Positions 11,207-22,800 of a stretch of 64,000 nucleotides of DNA are shown piece after piece. The DNA is from Macrostomum lignano (Eukaryota), in assembly GCA_002269645.1 (NCBI GenBank), contig NIVC01002503.1, positions 1-64,000 on the forward strand, written 5' to 3'. Every line of letters begins with the position of its first letter. The first letter of the stretch is position 1. Both the position numbers and the translations under genes were made by a program. The notes under the pieces were generated by a model, which searched no databases, was not told the origin of the DNA, and saw only the letters and a list, made by a program, of their open reading frames with translations.

Positions 11207-14200
11207 CATAGTTGCCACCCAGTTTTTAAAGAAAAGTAGCGCAAGGACTAATTTTTAGCGCAGGTCTTAAAAAACTCGCATCCTTCCCACAAACCAGTTT
11301 TTCTTTTCACTATGACAGACATTTAGTAAATTCGAAAACAAAAATGGTTTACATGTACAAGGAAAATTGTTTCAAGTTGCGCAGACAAAAATAAAAAGAA
11401 GCACCTCAGACAATAAAGACTACAGCATGAAGCTTAGAGTTATAGTTACTACAAACATTCAGTAAATTTTAAGCTGATAAAATGTACAAACATAGTCATT
11501 TCTTCTTCTTCTTTGATTTTGCTTCTTCACTGTCACCATGCCGCTTGCGTAGGGCATGCTCCTCCTTATCAGCAAGTGCGAGCATGTCCTGAGCCTTCTT
11601 GCGCATTTCGTCAATCTTTGTTTGGGCCTTTGCCTGCTTTTGTTGCTTCTGCTGCTGGAGCTCTTTCTCCTTTTCAGTAACCAGTCGTCGCTGCTCCTCC
11701 AGTGCTTGCTGAAGTCGCTTCATGGCCTTTTCGTTTTGCTTAGCTCGTCGTCGCTCATCGGCTTTGCTTTTGGCTTGAAAAGCTGTGTCCAGCAGGTTAG
11801 AATCAATAGTGACCTTGGCTGGGCCAGTGCTGTTGCATTTCATCCAAACTTTCACAGCCAAAATCGAGTCCAGCGTAACTTCTCCTAGCCTATTGCGCTG
11901 CTTGGTCAAGTTGTTGGCCACCCATTTCAAAACTCGTTCACTATCTGCATTACCGTGCGGTATGCAGCAGGCAGCACGACCTAGTTTAGAAAGATGAGGA
12001 TAATCTTCAACAGAAAGCTGTGCCCAAAAAGCCTCTGGTGTCTCCTTTGCTTTCTCAGTTGGGCAGGTCAGTCGAAGCCTTGTAGCTTCCAGCCGGATAT
12101 TATCCAGCAAGTCGGCAGAAATGACTGTGCTCATAGCACGCCCAACACGTAGAATGCTGTTGTCAAAGTTGAAGTCTGATCCCAACATGTATTCAGGATC
12201 CACAAACTGAAGGCCAGAAAGCACCTTGTTGTTGAAAGGTAAGTAGGCAAACAGTCGACTAATAATTTCAGAAAAGAAGCAGCGAACTGACTTAAAAAAG
12301 CCAATCTGCTCCATCTGACGTAACCGTGCAACAGTCTCACGGGTGGCCGAGCCGATGATTAGATCTTTGTTCATTAGTTGATTGTTGCGATCAGTAGCCC
12401 TGTCAACCAGGTCTGAAAGAGAGCGGCTGTTTTCAACAACTTCACTTCGCATGAAGCAAAGAAGAATGTCACTAAAAAGCTTTTCCAGCGAAGAAGCCAA
12501 GTGGTGAACCTGAGTGCTCTCCCGCTGAAAAATTTTCTCGAATGCTTCGCATCTTGGCAGCACTTGGCTTAAGAACTGGAGCTTGGCTAGCATCTCATCA
12601 GTAAGGGCCAGCTTGATTCGTCGTGCCCGAATGTTGTCCAGTTCTGAGGCACTAGCTTTCTCAAAGTGCAGCTTCAGGGCCTCCCATTGCTCTAGAATCC
12701 GTCGAATGACGTTTAGAATCTGGAGCCAGCGAGTTTCGACTCGGCGGATGAACACGTGTTCAGCCAGGTCCAGTGCATCCTGAATCTAAAAATTTTAATT
12801 TTTGTCAGGGAAGAAAAGCACATTCAAGATTAAGCAAAGTTTAAATTCATACCTCATGGAATGCTCCGCGCCTTTTCACAAATCGGAAATAGTTATAGAC
12901 ATCATCCATCAGTCCTTCAGCCTCGCCAGTGCTGTCAAATGCCTTAGTTGCATATTGAACACTATTATGTACATGATGGAGACTGCAGCCTCCAACATTA
13001 ATAAGCTGCGGCATAGCATCTTTCAGCTTGGTGAGAAGTCCATTGTGGATGCCTGAAATGTGAAAGGTGAATTATTTTAGGGACAGGATCTTTGTCAACA
13101 AGGATTACTCATCAAGCTATCTCGCATACCTCTCATTGCATTGCAGGAATCTGTCATCACGGAAATAACATTCCTTGCAGGCAATTTGGCTTGGGATAGC
13201 AACGACAAAACTGTGTCCTTCATATTTGACGCCGATGAATTTTTAAGCTCCTCTGAACCAATGTAGACAAGAATTGCCTTCTGCCTTTCAATGCAGAAAG
13301 TGCGGGCCAGTAAAACCAGCCAGCAGCGGTCACGTTTCGTGCCCTCATCAAGCAGAATTGAAAAGGGAGAGTCACGAAGGCTCTTAAACATTTCCTCCTT
13401 AGCATGTGGGCAAGTGCATCAGTGACCAGGTACGTTGTCTTGGTTCTTCCACATGAAAAGTTCTGAGCAACACTGCTATCAGGAATAGCAACAGGCAGTG
13501 TTTCAGAAATTTCGTCCATAGTTTTGAATGATAGGTCTTTCCGAACAACAAGCAGTCCGAATCGTAGGCTCGCCGCCATGGTCTGTTGGGGCAAAGATGC
13601 CTCTGCCTCCACTTTTTTTAGTTGTTGGTTCTCAGATGGAGTGATTGGGAAAAAAGCATTGATTTTTTGCTGACTGTAAGCAGCAACCATAGCCCGAGAA
13701 AGAGCCTTGTGCTTTGCACCATCAGCATGTTGTCGCAAAGCAGCAATGCCATGTTGACGAAAATTTACCCCACGGTTGCACAATCTACATGTGGCTTCAT
13801 CGTCATTGTCGTCGTCTTTCTGGCACCATCGTGATATTTTGACCCCAGAATGGTCATGTTCAGATAACCAGGTAGCATTACACTTCGTTTTTCGATCAGT
13901 GGGCATTAGAATGTGGCTGAAATGTGACTTGAATTTTATACGAGCGTAGTACCTAAACTACTACTTCCCTAGATTCCCACTTTAGTACTTTCACTACTTA
14001 TACATATAATATACTTATACATAGACTTATACGTATAAGTTTATAGAGAAAATTACAAAATTAATGACCCAAAAAGTATAGGAACAAGAATCATTTTGAC
14101 CTTTCTTACTTTATTTAGAATGACTTTTTAGCAATAGAAGTAAAAAATAGACAAGCAAAAAAATAATTACTTTTTTGAGCAGAACCAAATAAAATTGAGC

Positions 14201-14262
14201 ATTTGAGCAGCTTAAATTTTTTTGAGCAATTGCTCAAAATTTGAGCAGGGGTGGCAACTATG
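11207..14262 (-). mobile_element. Full-length hAT-superfamily DNA transposon (3056 bp)
   Basis: Perfect 14-bp TIRs CATAGTTGCCACCC (11207-11220) and GGGTGGCAACTATG (14249-14262). 8-bp TSD GTATCAGG (11199-11206, 14263-14270). Subterminal TTGAGCA repeats at ~14170-14247. Internal transposase gene. Confidence 0.95.
11496..13906 (-). CDS. hAT transposase, 3 exons (13906-13130, 13052-12853, 12785-11496), ~755 aa if one missing base near 13408 is restored
   Basis: N-terminal Cys/His zinc finger (CRLC...HADGAKH), catalytic-type motifs LLDE, MTDS, CSLH, TRW and PHGNADSERV, and C-terminal KSKKKKK. Both GT-AG introns are phase-compatible. There is a single -1 shift in GCCCACAT (DALA-HML vs DALAPHAKEEMFK). 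Confidence 0.9.
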
Positions 14263-14885
14263 GTATCAGGGGCGGTTTTCAAGTAAGTGTCAGGGGCGGG
14301 TTTAGTGGAGTATCAGAGGCGGGTTTAGTGGAGTATCAGAGGCGGGTTTAGTGGAGTATCAGAGGCGGGTTTAGTGGAGTATCAGAGGCGGATTTAGTGG
14401 AGTATCAGAGGCAGGTTAAGTGGAGTATCAGGGGCGGGTTTAGTAAAGTATCAGGGGCGGGTTTAAGGGAGTATCAGGGGCGGTTTTAGAGGAGTATCAG
14501 AGGGGGGGGGGTTAGTGGAGCATCAGGCGCGAGTTTAGGAAATATAAGGGGCGGGTTTAGTCGAGTATCAGGGGCGGGTTTAGGGAAGTATCAGGGGCGG
14601 GTTTAGTGGAGTATCAGGGGCGGGTTTAGTGGAGTATCAGGGGCGGGTTTAGTGGAGTATCAGGGGCGGGTTTATTGGAGTATCAGGGGCGGGTTTAGTC
14701 GAGTATCAGGGGCGGGTTTATTGGAGTATCAGGGGCGGGTTTAGTGGAGTATCAGGGGCGGGTTTAGTGGAGTATCAGGGGCGGGTTTAGTGGAGTATCA
14801 GGGGCGGGTTTAGTGGAGTATCAGGGGCGGGTTTATTGGAGTATCAGGGGGGGTTTAGTGGAGTATCAGGGTGGGTTTAGTGGGG
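14263..14885. repeat. 23-bp G-rich minisatellite, right part
   Basis: Same unit as 10877-11206, resuming directly after the TSD. Confidence 0.95.
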
Positions 14886-16009
14886 ATTTATTGTTAGAAT
14901 ATCATTCTCATAAATATTTCAAATTTACTTACTGTTAATGCCGACATCTTAACGATAGAATCCAAGCCAAATTGAAGACACAATTTAAACAGAAATTACA
15001 TGTTTTTTTAGGACTAGCACCGGGTAATAAGGTCTAGTTGAAGGATTGTATGCCCTCTAAAAATCCTCTGAGTTTATCGGAGATCTCTAGTAGGATATGT
15101 ATAATACACTAAAAGAAGTTTATATAGCATAGAAAATATCTGGGGAAAAGCGAACCAAGCGAGGTGAGGCCACGGCCACGCATTCATTGGCTCTCTTCGG
15201 TTCAAAACTGAGCGGGAGAGCATACGGGGTCAAATGAGGTAACCCGGGTGGGGTGGATGGGGTTACCCCATTCCCCTATAACACTGGCGAGCGGGCTTCA
15301 GGCCCAACCCTCCCCCACCGTCCTCAATTTTTCCAACTCCATTACACTCGCGGCGGCAGTGGGAGGGGTGGTGGGGTGGCGGGGCGCGCGCGGTGTCAGA
15401 GGGGGCAGAGAAGAGAGAACCCCTCCCCCTCCCTCCCCCTAGTCTTTTACAAGTCGCTGCGCAATGTCCTCAGCTGAACCCCCAAGCCCCCAAGCGTGGC
15501 CTTCACTGTTCAGTCTAAAAATAGAATCAATTCAACTCGCTTTGCCCCCTTCCTTCTCTCTGCGTCCAATTCCAGAGCCAAGCCAAGACAAGAGGATAAA
15601 GCACAACTTAGTTCGGCGAAAAACGAACAAGAAAAAATCATATTTTAATAGAAGCAGTTGTAGCTGGCGAAAATTTTATTGCCAAAATTGGTTTACCTTA
15701 ACTAGCAGCCTAGCCAAGCAAGGTTGAAGGGCCCTGTGGCCATGCTAACTACGAGCTAAATGTATATATCGTAACAGTTCGTTAATGCAACATTTTGTCG
15801 CAGGTTTCCTACAGTACTAAAGTACTATTACAATAGATTATCTTCGTCGAGGTTCTCAGAGATGAGATACTCATTGCCAAAGTTCGCAGAATAGATATTA
15901 TCATTGCCGAAGATCTGAGAGATGAGATTCTTTTTTCTCATTGCCGAAGTTCTCAATAAAGACATTATCATTGCCTAGGTTAGATTATCATTATCAGATT
16001 AGACTATCA

Positions 16010-16340
16010 GATTATCATTGGCATGGTTCTCAGGGATGAGATTATCTTTCTCATGTTTCTCAGGGATGAAATTATCATTGGCATGGTTCTCAGGGATGAG
16101 ATTATCATTGCCATTGTTCTCAGGGATGAGTTTATCATTGGCATAGTTCTCAGGGATGAGATTATCATTGCCATTGTTCTCAGGGATGAGATTATCATTG
16201 CCATTGTTCTCAGGGATGAGATTATCATTGGCATTGTTCTCAGGGATGAGATTATCATTGGCATAGTTCTGAGGGTTGAGATTATCATTGTCATGTTTCT
16301 CAAGAATGAGATATCGTTGGCATGGCTCTTAGGGATGAGA
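16010..16340. repeat. 30-bp minisatellite (ATTATCATTGCCATTGTTCTCAGGGATGAG)
   Basis: About 10 near-perfect copies with degenerate flanking copies from ~15840. Confidence 0.9.
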
Positions 16341-16844
16341 TTATCAACATGCGGATTAAACGCACTGAAAAAAGTAAAAATAAAACATTAATGCGATTTA
16401 CTATTTAATAGGAATTTCGCACGCTAAAAATAAAAAAAACAAAAGAAATTTATTTCTTAAAAATCACACGGTGCGCTCTACATCGGCTACTTTTACGATA
16501 TCACAGCAGTAGTAAAAACAGGGCTCTAAGTCTTCATGACGGACGGAACAAAATTTCAAAGCTCTCTGCTTTGTGGCAATACAGTGAAAAGTTTTTTTTT
16601 CACAAGTACATCAAGAACTCTGTTATCAAATATTATAAAAGTACATTTTGTCCTGTACCAACTATCAAGTTCAATTTTGTATTGAATTGTAATCAATACA
16701 AACGGAAGTTCGTGAACTCAATCTCACTCGGCATACTACTGATAGAATATTTATAGTACATATAGTTTGAAATTCCCGACAGGTAAATAATTCGAAAAGT
16801 GCAACTTGTACTCTACATATAAAAATAAAGTTTCTATCGGCCTC

Positions 16845-19800
16845 TCAAGAGGCGGCGCCGGCGCGTCGGCTTCGCTGGATGAGCGCCGTTTCGACAGCGG
16901 CGGCGGCGCCAACTGGTTCGTCGTCTGGTTGGCGTTGGCTCTCTCGGAGGATGAGGTCAGCCAGTCGGCCGACTTCGCCTCGGTCAGCCAGGAGGGCGTC
17001 GCGGGCGCGGTCCAGGGCGCGCGAGTGCTCGATGTGGCGCTTCTGCCTGCGAGGGGAGATGGGGTGGAGATTAGTTTATAATTAGTTGTCGCAGGAGGGC
17101 CGAGGAAATTCTGCCCATTCTGCTGTCTACAGTACACTAATAACAGGCAGAATACAGTAAGAAACAGACAATACGGTAAAAAACCGGCAGAATACAGTAA
17201 GAAACAGACAGAATACAGTAAAAAACAGGCAGCATACAGTAAAAAACAGACAGAATACAGTAAGAAACAGACAATACAGTAAGAAACAGGCAGCATACAG
17301 TAAAAAACAGACAGAATACAGTAAGAAACAGACAATACAGTAAGAAACAGGCAGCATACAGTAAAAAACAGACAGAATACAGTAAGAAACAGACAATACA
17401 GTAAGAAACAGGCAGCATACAGTAAGAAACAGGCACAAAAACAGTAGAGAATTGCAGCGCAAAACCAAGCGACACTAACTGGGCCAGCAGAGCCGCCTCG
17501 CCTCGCCGTCGCTTCGCCCTGAACGCCGCAGATTCGGCCGCCTGTTTCTGGGTCTCGGCGGCCAAAAATTCAGCGTAGGTCGGCGCGTCCATCGCTGGCA
17601 GGTCGCGCAGTTCAAGCCGGCCGACTAGGGCATCGGTGCCGGCCTCGGACAGCAGACGATGCCGGGAGAGAAACTGGCGCACCATTGGCGACCGGCCGTT
17701 TGTGTTGAATACCAAATGCCGTTCGGTTGGGCCCGGGCCAAGGGGATGCGACTCCTGCTTGGAGGGTTTCGTATAGAAGATGGGGGTATATCATGTTTTT
17801 TTCCTGTTAAATGTGCATTCAAAACAGATTTGGAAGTGCCATTTTTCGGTTTTAGTTTAGTTTAGCAGTTTATGCTACTGTTAGTAGGCTTCCGTAGCTA
17901 AAATAGTTAAGATTTAGCCTTTTAAATCTTTTAGCTAAATAGTTAGGATTAGCTTTGTAGCTAACAAAGCTGCAGTTTTATCATAGGTTTAGGGCCAAAA
18001 TAGTTAAAATTTAGCATTTTATACTACTGTTAGTAGGTTTCAGTAGCTTCAAAAGTCATCTGTAACAGATTGTGATTGTAAGTGATGTGATACAAAGCAT
18101 AGATGGCATCAAAGCCATGGCATCAAAGCCCTATCCCACCTTTTTGCCTGTCGACAGCCGCGCAGCATTGGGAGACTTCGTCGACAAACTGGATTTAGCT
18201 AGCGATCGAGCGGTCAAGTTTGTTGCCTTTGAGCGACTCTGAAGCAGCCCCTGCTGCTGCTGAAGACTGACAGCAGACGTTGTGGCTTCCCCTGCTATTT
18301 GCGTGGCTGAGTCGTTTGGAGCTGAGCTGCCGCTCTGAACAAGAGCCTTGTCCAGCAGCTGGAAGGTGTCTGCCGGCGGGGGAGTGCGGTGGATTGCTAG
18401 TCTAGACAACATCATGAAGGATAAAGGAATAGAATGGATTGCTAGTCTAGACAACATCATGAAGGATGAAGGAATAGAATGGATTGCTAATCTAGCCAAC
18501 ATCATGAAGGATGAAGGAATAGAATGGATTGCTAATCTAGCCAACATCATGATGGATGAAAGAATAGAATGGATTGCTAATCTAGCCAACATCATGAAGG
18601 ATGAAGGAATATAATGGATTGCTAATCTAGCCAACATCATGATGGATGAAGGAATAGAATGGATTGCTAATCTAGCCAACATCATAAAGGATGAAGGAAT
18701 AGAATGGATTGCTAATCTAGCCAACATCATAAAGGATGAAGGAATAGAATGGATTGCTAATCTAGCCAACATCATAAAGGATGAAGGAATAGAATGGATT
18801 GCTAATCTAGCCAACATCATGAAGGATGAAGGAATATAATGGATTGCTAATCTAGCCAACATCATGAAGGATGAAGGAATAGAATGGATTGCTAATCTAG
18901 CCAACATCATAAAGGATGAAGGAATAGAATGGATTGCTAATCTAGCCAACATCATAAAGGATGAAGGAATAGAATGGATTGCTAATCTAGCCAACATCAT
19001 GATGGATGAAGGAATAGAATGGATTGCTAATCTAGACAACATCATGATGGATGAAGGAATAGAATGGATTGCTAATCTAGCCAACATCATGAAGGATGAA
19101 GGAATAGAATGGATTGCTAATCTAGCCAACATCATGATGGATGAAGGAATAGAATGGATTGCTAATCTAGCCAACATCATGATGGATGAAGGAATAGAAT
19201 GGATTGCTAATCTACCCAACATCATGAAGGATGAAGGAATAGAATGGATTGCTAATCTAGCCAACATCATGAAGGATAAAGGAATAGAATGGATTGCTAA
19301 TCTAGCCAACATCATGATGGATGAAGGAATAGAATGGATTGCTAATCTAGCCAACATCATGAAGGATAAAGGAATAGAATGGATTGCTAATCTAGCCAAC
19401 ATCATGAAGGATGAAGGAATAGAATGGATTGCTAATCTAGCCAACATCATGAAGGATAAAGGAATAGAATGGATTGCTAATCTAGCCAACATCATGAAGG
19501 ATGAAGGAATATAATGGATTGCTAATCTAGCCAACATCATGAAGGATGAAGGAATATAATGGATTGCTAATCTAGCCAAAATCATGATAGATGAAGGAAT
19601 ACAATGGATTGCTAATCTAGCCAACATCATGAAGGATGAAGGAATATAATGGATTGCTAATCTAGCCAACATCATGAAGGATGAAGGAATATAATGGATT
19701 GCTAATCTAGCCAACATCATGAAGGATGAAGGAATAGATAGAATGGATTGCTAGTCTAATCAACATCATGATGGATGAAATTATTTGCATATTTGTGTAA

Positions 19801-22800
19801 TTATTTACATACTAATACGAGGTACAAAATAACTAAGGGCTTTATTTCTAACTGCTCTGCAGCAGCTGGCAACCAATATAACATTTTATTCTATATGACT
19901 GCGAATTATAAAAGAAATATGCAGGTAACGGTGCGCTAGTGCCAGTTGTATAATAATTGATCTTAAATAACAAATTTGTGTTCACAAATGAATGCTGTAA
20001 TGCAATGCGAGCTGTCAATTGATACCGTGAACAATTTCGTGACTTTCATGTCAAAATCAGGTTGTTAACTCGAGTGTAGAGGTGCGAATACAAGATAGAG
20101 TAGCATGCTTATCAAATCGGATACCAAAGGGAGCTACGAACTTACCTTTGTAGTGTTGCTTAATTTTACGTTGCCTGAGTATCGCCTTGCTGACTGATTG
20201 ATTTGATTTGAGTTTGAGTAGCGCTTTACTTTGCATTAGTTGGTTGCATTATTAGGTTTTAAAATAACTAGATGGGCCACTCAGGCATATTTACTTAGCA
20301 AAACAGCTTTCTACTTTCAGTTCAGTAGCAAAGAAGAATACATAAGCTATTTTATAAAAATAAAGGCAGCTGAAATTACTTTGATAAGTTTAGAAGCCCA
20401 ACCTTCCAGGCGTAAACAACTTGCTAATTGGTTCAGCAATAATGTACATTGGCCAGTCCACTGAAATGTACATGGCCGCTTTAGGCTGGAATTCCGAGAA
20501 AGGCAATAAAAATTGGGGCGGGCGGGGCGGGGGGTAGAGTGGTAGGCGCGGTTGAAGGGTTTAAGTTGTGAGGGTAAGAGCCAATAAATGAGCCTTGGCT
20601 TTGAAAAAACAATAAAATGCTTCTGCTTAACTTGCTACTGAACTGACAGTAGCTTACACGCAAATGTGCTGAGTGGCCCATCTAGTTATTCCAGTATCTG
20701 TGGTTTATTTTAGATGAATAACATAGGCCACAGTCACAACTGATGTGGCGGATTCACAGGGGAGGAGGGGGGTTTAGGGAGGTCAGTTGACTGTCTCCGA
20801 GAAAACTACATACATATTCATGACCCCCGCTGGAGTAGACAGACATACAAAATTCCTATTAAATTGAATTATCTTAAATCTTTACTACGCAACATATCGG
20901 TAGACAAAAATCAACATTCTAAACTTTATCTAACCTTTTTTCTCGCTTTCAGCTTTGAGCAATTCCTCTCTATGGCGAATGACGCTCGGCTCCAGAGCGT
21001 CCTTGTTCCAGTCCAGCCACAGGCGGCACCGAGGTTGCAGACCGGTCAGCCATCGGTGTACCAGGCACACGATGCCTTCTTTGAATTCGGCTTGGAATTT
21101 GCTAAAGCTGTGCGGAAATGCGTTGCAGTAGGCGCTGTACACCGCCTGGGAGAGCAGGCTGGGGTAGCTCTGGAATGGCGGTAAGGGATTTAGACAGGAG
21201 CAAGACCTGTTAGACTGGACTGGGACCTGTTAGACTGGACTGGGACCCGTTAGACAGGAATGTCTATCTGTTAGACTGAACTGGGACCCGTTAGACTGGA
21301 CTGGGACCTGTTAGACAGGAATGTCTATCTGTTAGACTGAACTGGGACCCGTTAGACTGGACTGGGACCTGTTAGACAGGAGTGTCTATCTGTTAGACTG
21401 AACTGGGACCCGTTAGACTGGACTGGGACCTGTTAGACAGGAGTGTCCATCCTGGACTGGGACCCGTTAGACTGGACTGGGACCTGCTGTTAGACTGGAC
21501 GGGGACCTGTTAGACAGGAGTGTCTATCGGTTAGACAGGAGTGTCCATCGGTTAGACAGGAGTGTCCATCGGTTAGACAGGAGGGTCCATCGGTTAGACA
21601 GGAGTGTCCATCGGTTAGACAGGAGTGTCCACCTGTTAGACAGGAGTGTCCACCTGTTAGACAGGAGTGTCCACCTGTTAGACAGGGGTGTGTCTACCTG
21701 TTAGACAGGGGTGTGTCTACCTGTTAGACAGGGGTGTGTCTACCTGTTAGACTACCTGTTGTCTAACAGTCTACCTGTTGTCTACCTGCTAGATAAAGGT
21801 GTCATCAAAAAAGCATAGGGCACAGAAAAAGCTTATCCAACCTTGAGAAACGCATCGCGAAAATGTTCCACCTTGATCATGAACAGCATCTGCGAGTAGT
21901 TATGAGCGATGCGATTGTAAAACCTGGGCATCTCCGGCTTATCATAGTCCTGACCGTAATGGTCCAGAAAGTGATGCCAAAACGCGTCTTGAAGGACAGC
22001 TTTTGACGCCTCGCTTAGAAAGCAGCGATCCAGTTGAGCTTTGTACTGGCTCTGCGAAGTTTGTTTGCATTAATGACACTGTTAGCAAAAGTGTCATAAG
22101 TTCCCAGCTGCATTTTATAATACCTAACCAAGTAATATAGATTGGGTCCGTAGCCCAGTGGTCTGGCGTGGCGTTCTGACTTGCCAGCGGTCCCAGGCTC
22201 GATTCCAAGTGCAGTCACATTAATTTGGGGCTAAATTGGAATCTCGGCTTGGCTCTGCTTAACTTCCTTGAGCGCCAACCCCTCTAAGCACAGTGAAGTG
22301 GACATGCCTAACGATAAATAAAGTTAGGGCCGCTGTACACTCCTGTGTGAGTGAGTGCCTGCGCGTATGAATGCGTACGTATCCGCGCGTTTGTGTGCCT
22401 GCTCAGGGGAGTCGGCGGAATGGATAGTAATGCCTCTCGCCGGTTGTGCGACAATGTAGCTTAAAGTGAGCCAGGGTGCACACATAGCCCTGCCTCTAAC
22501 TGAAAAAAACGAAGCAATACTGTATATGCTGGCCAATGAAACATGCTTCAGTATTTGGCTTAAGACAACTCATGATTTGAGTCTTGAGTCATAGATAATT
22601 ACCTAATCAGTCATAGACAACTACCTAATCAGTCATAGACAACTACCTAATCAGTAATAGACAACTACCTAATCAGTCATAGACAACTACCTAATCAGTC
22701 ATAGACAACTACCTAATCAGTCATAGACAACTACCTAATCAGTCATAGACAACTACCTAATCAGTCATAGACAACTACCTAATCAGTCATAGACAACTAC

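Noticed and set aside
15000-15770. GC-rich non-coding patch, possible mobile element
   Set aside because: I could not identify termini, a TSD, a second copy or coding motifs.
18131-19720. 529-aa ORF and the antisense repeat ORFs
   Set aside because: They derive from a 45-bp (multiple of 3) intronic array. Only 18369-18140 is a real exon, bounded by AG and GT.
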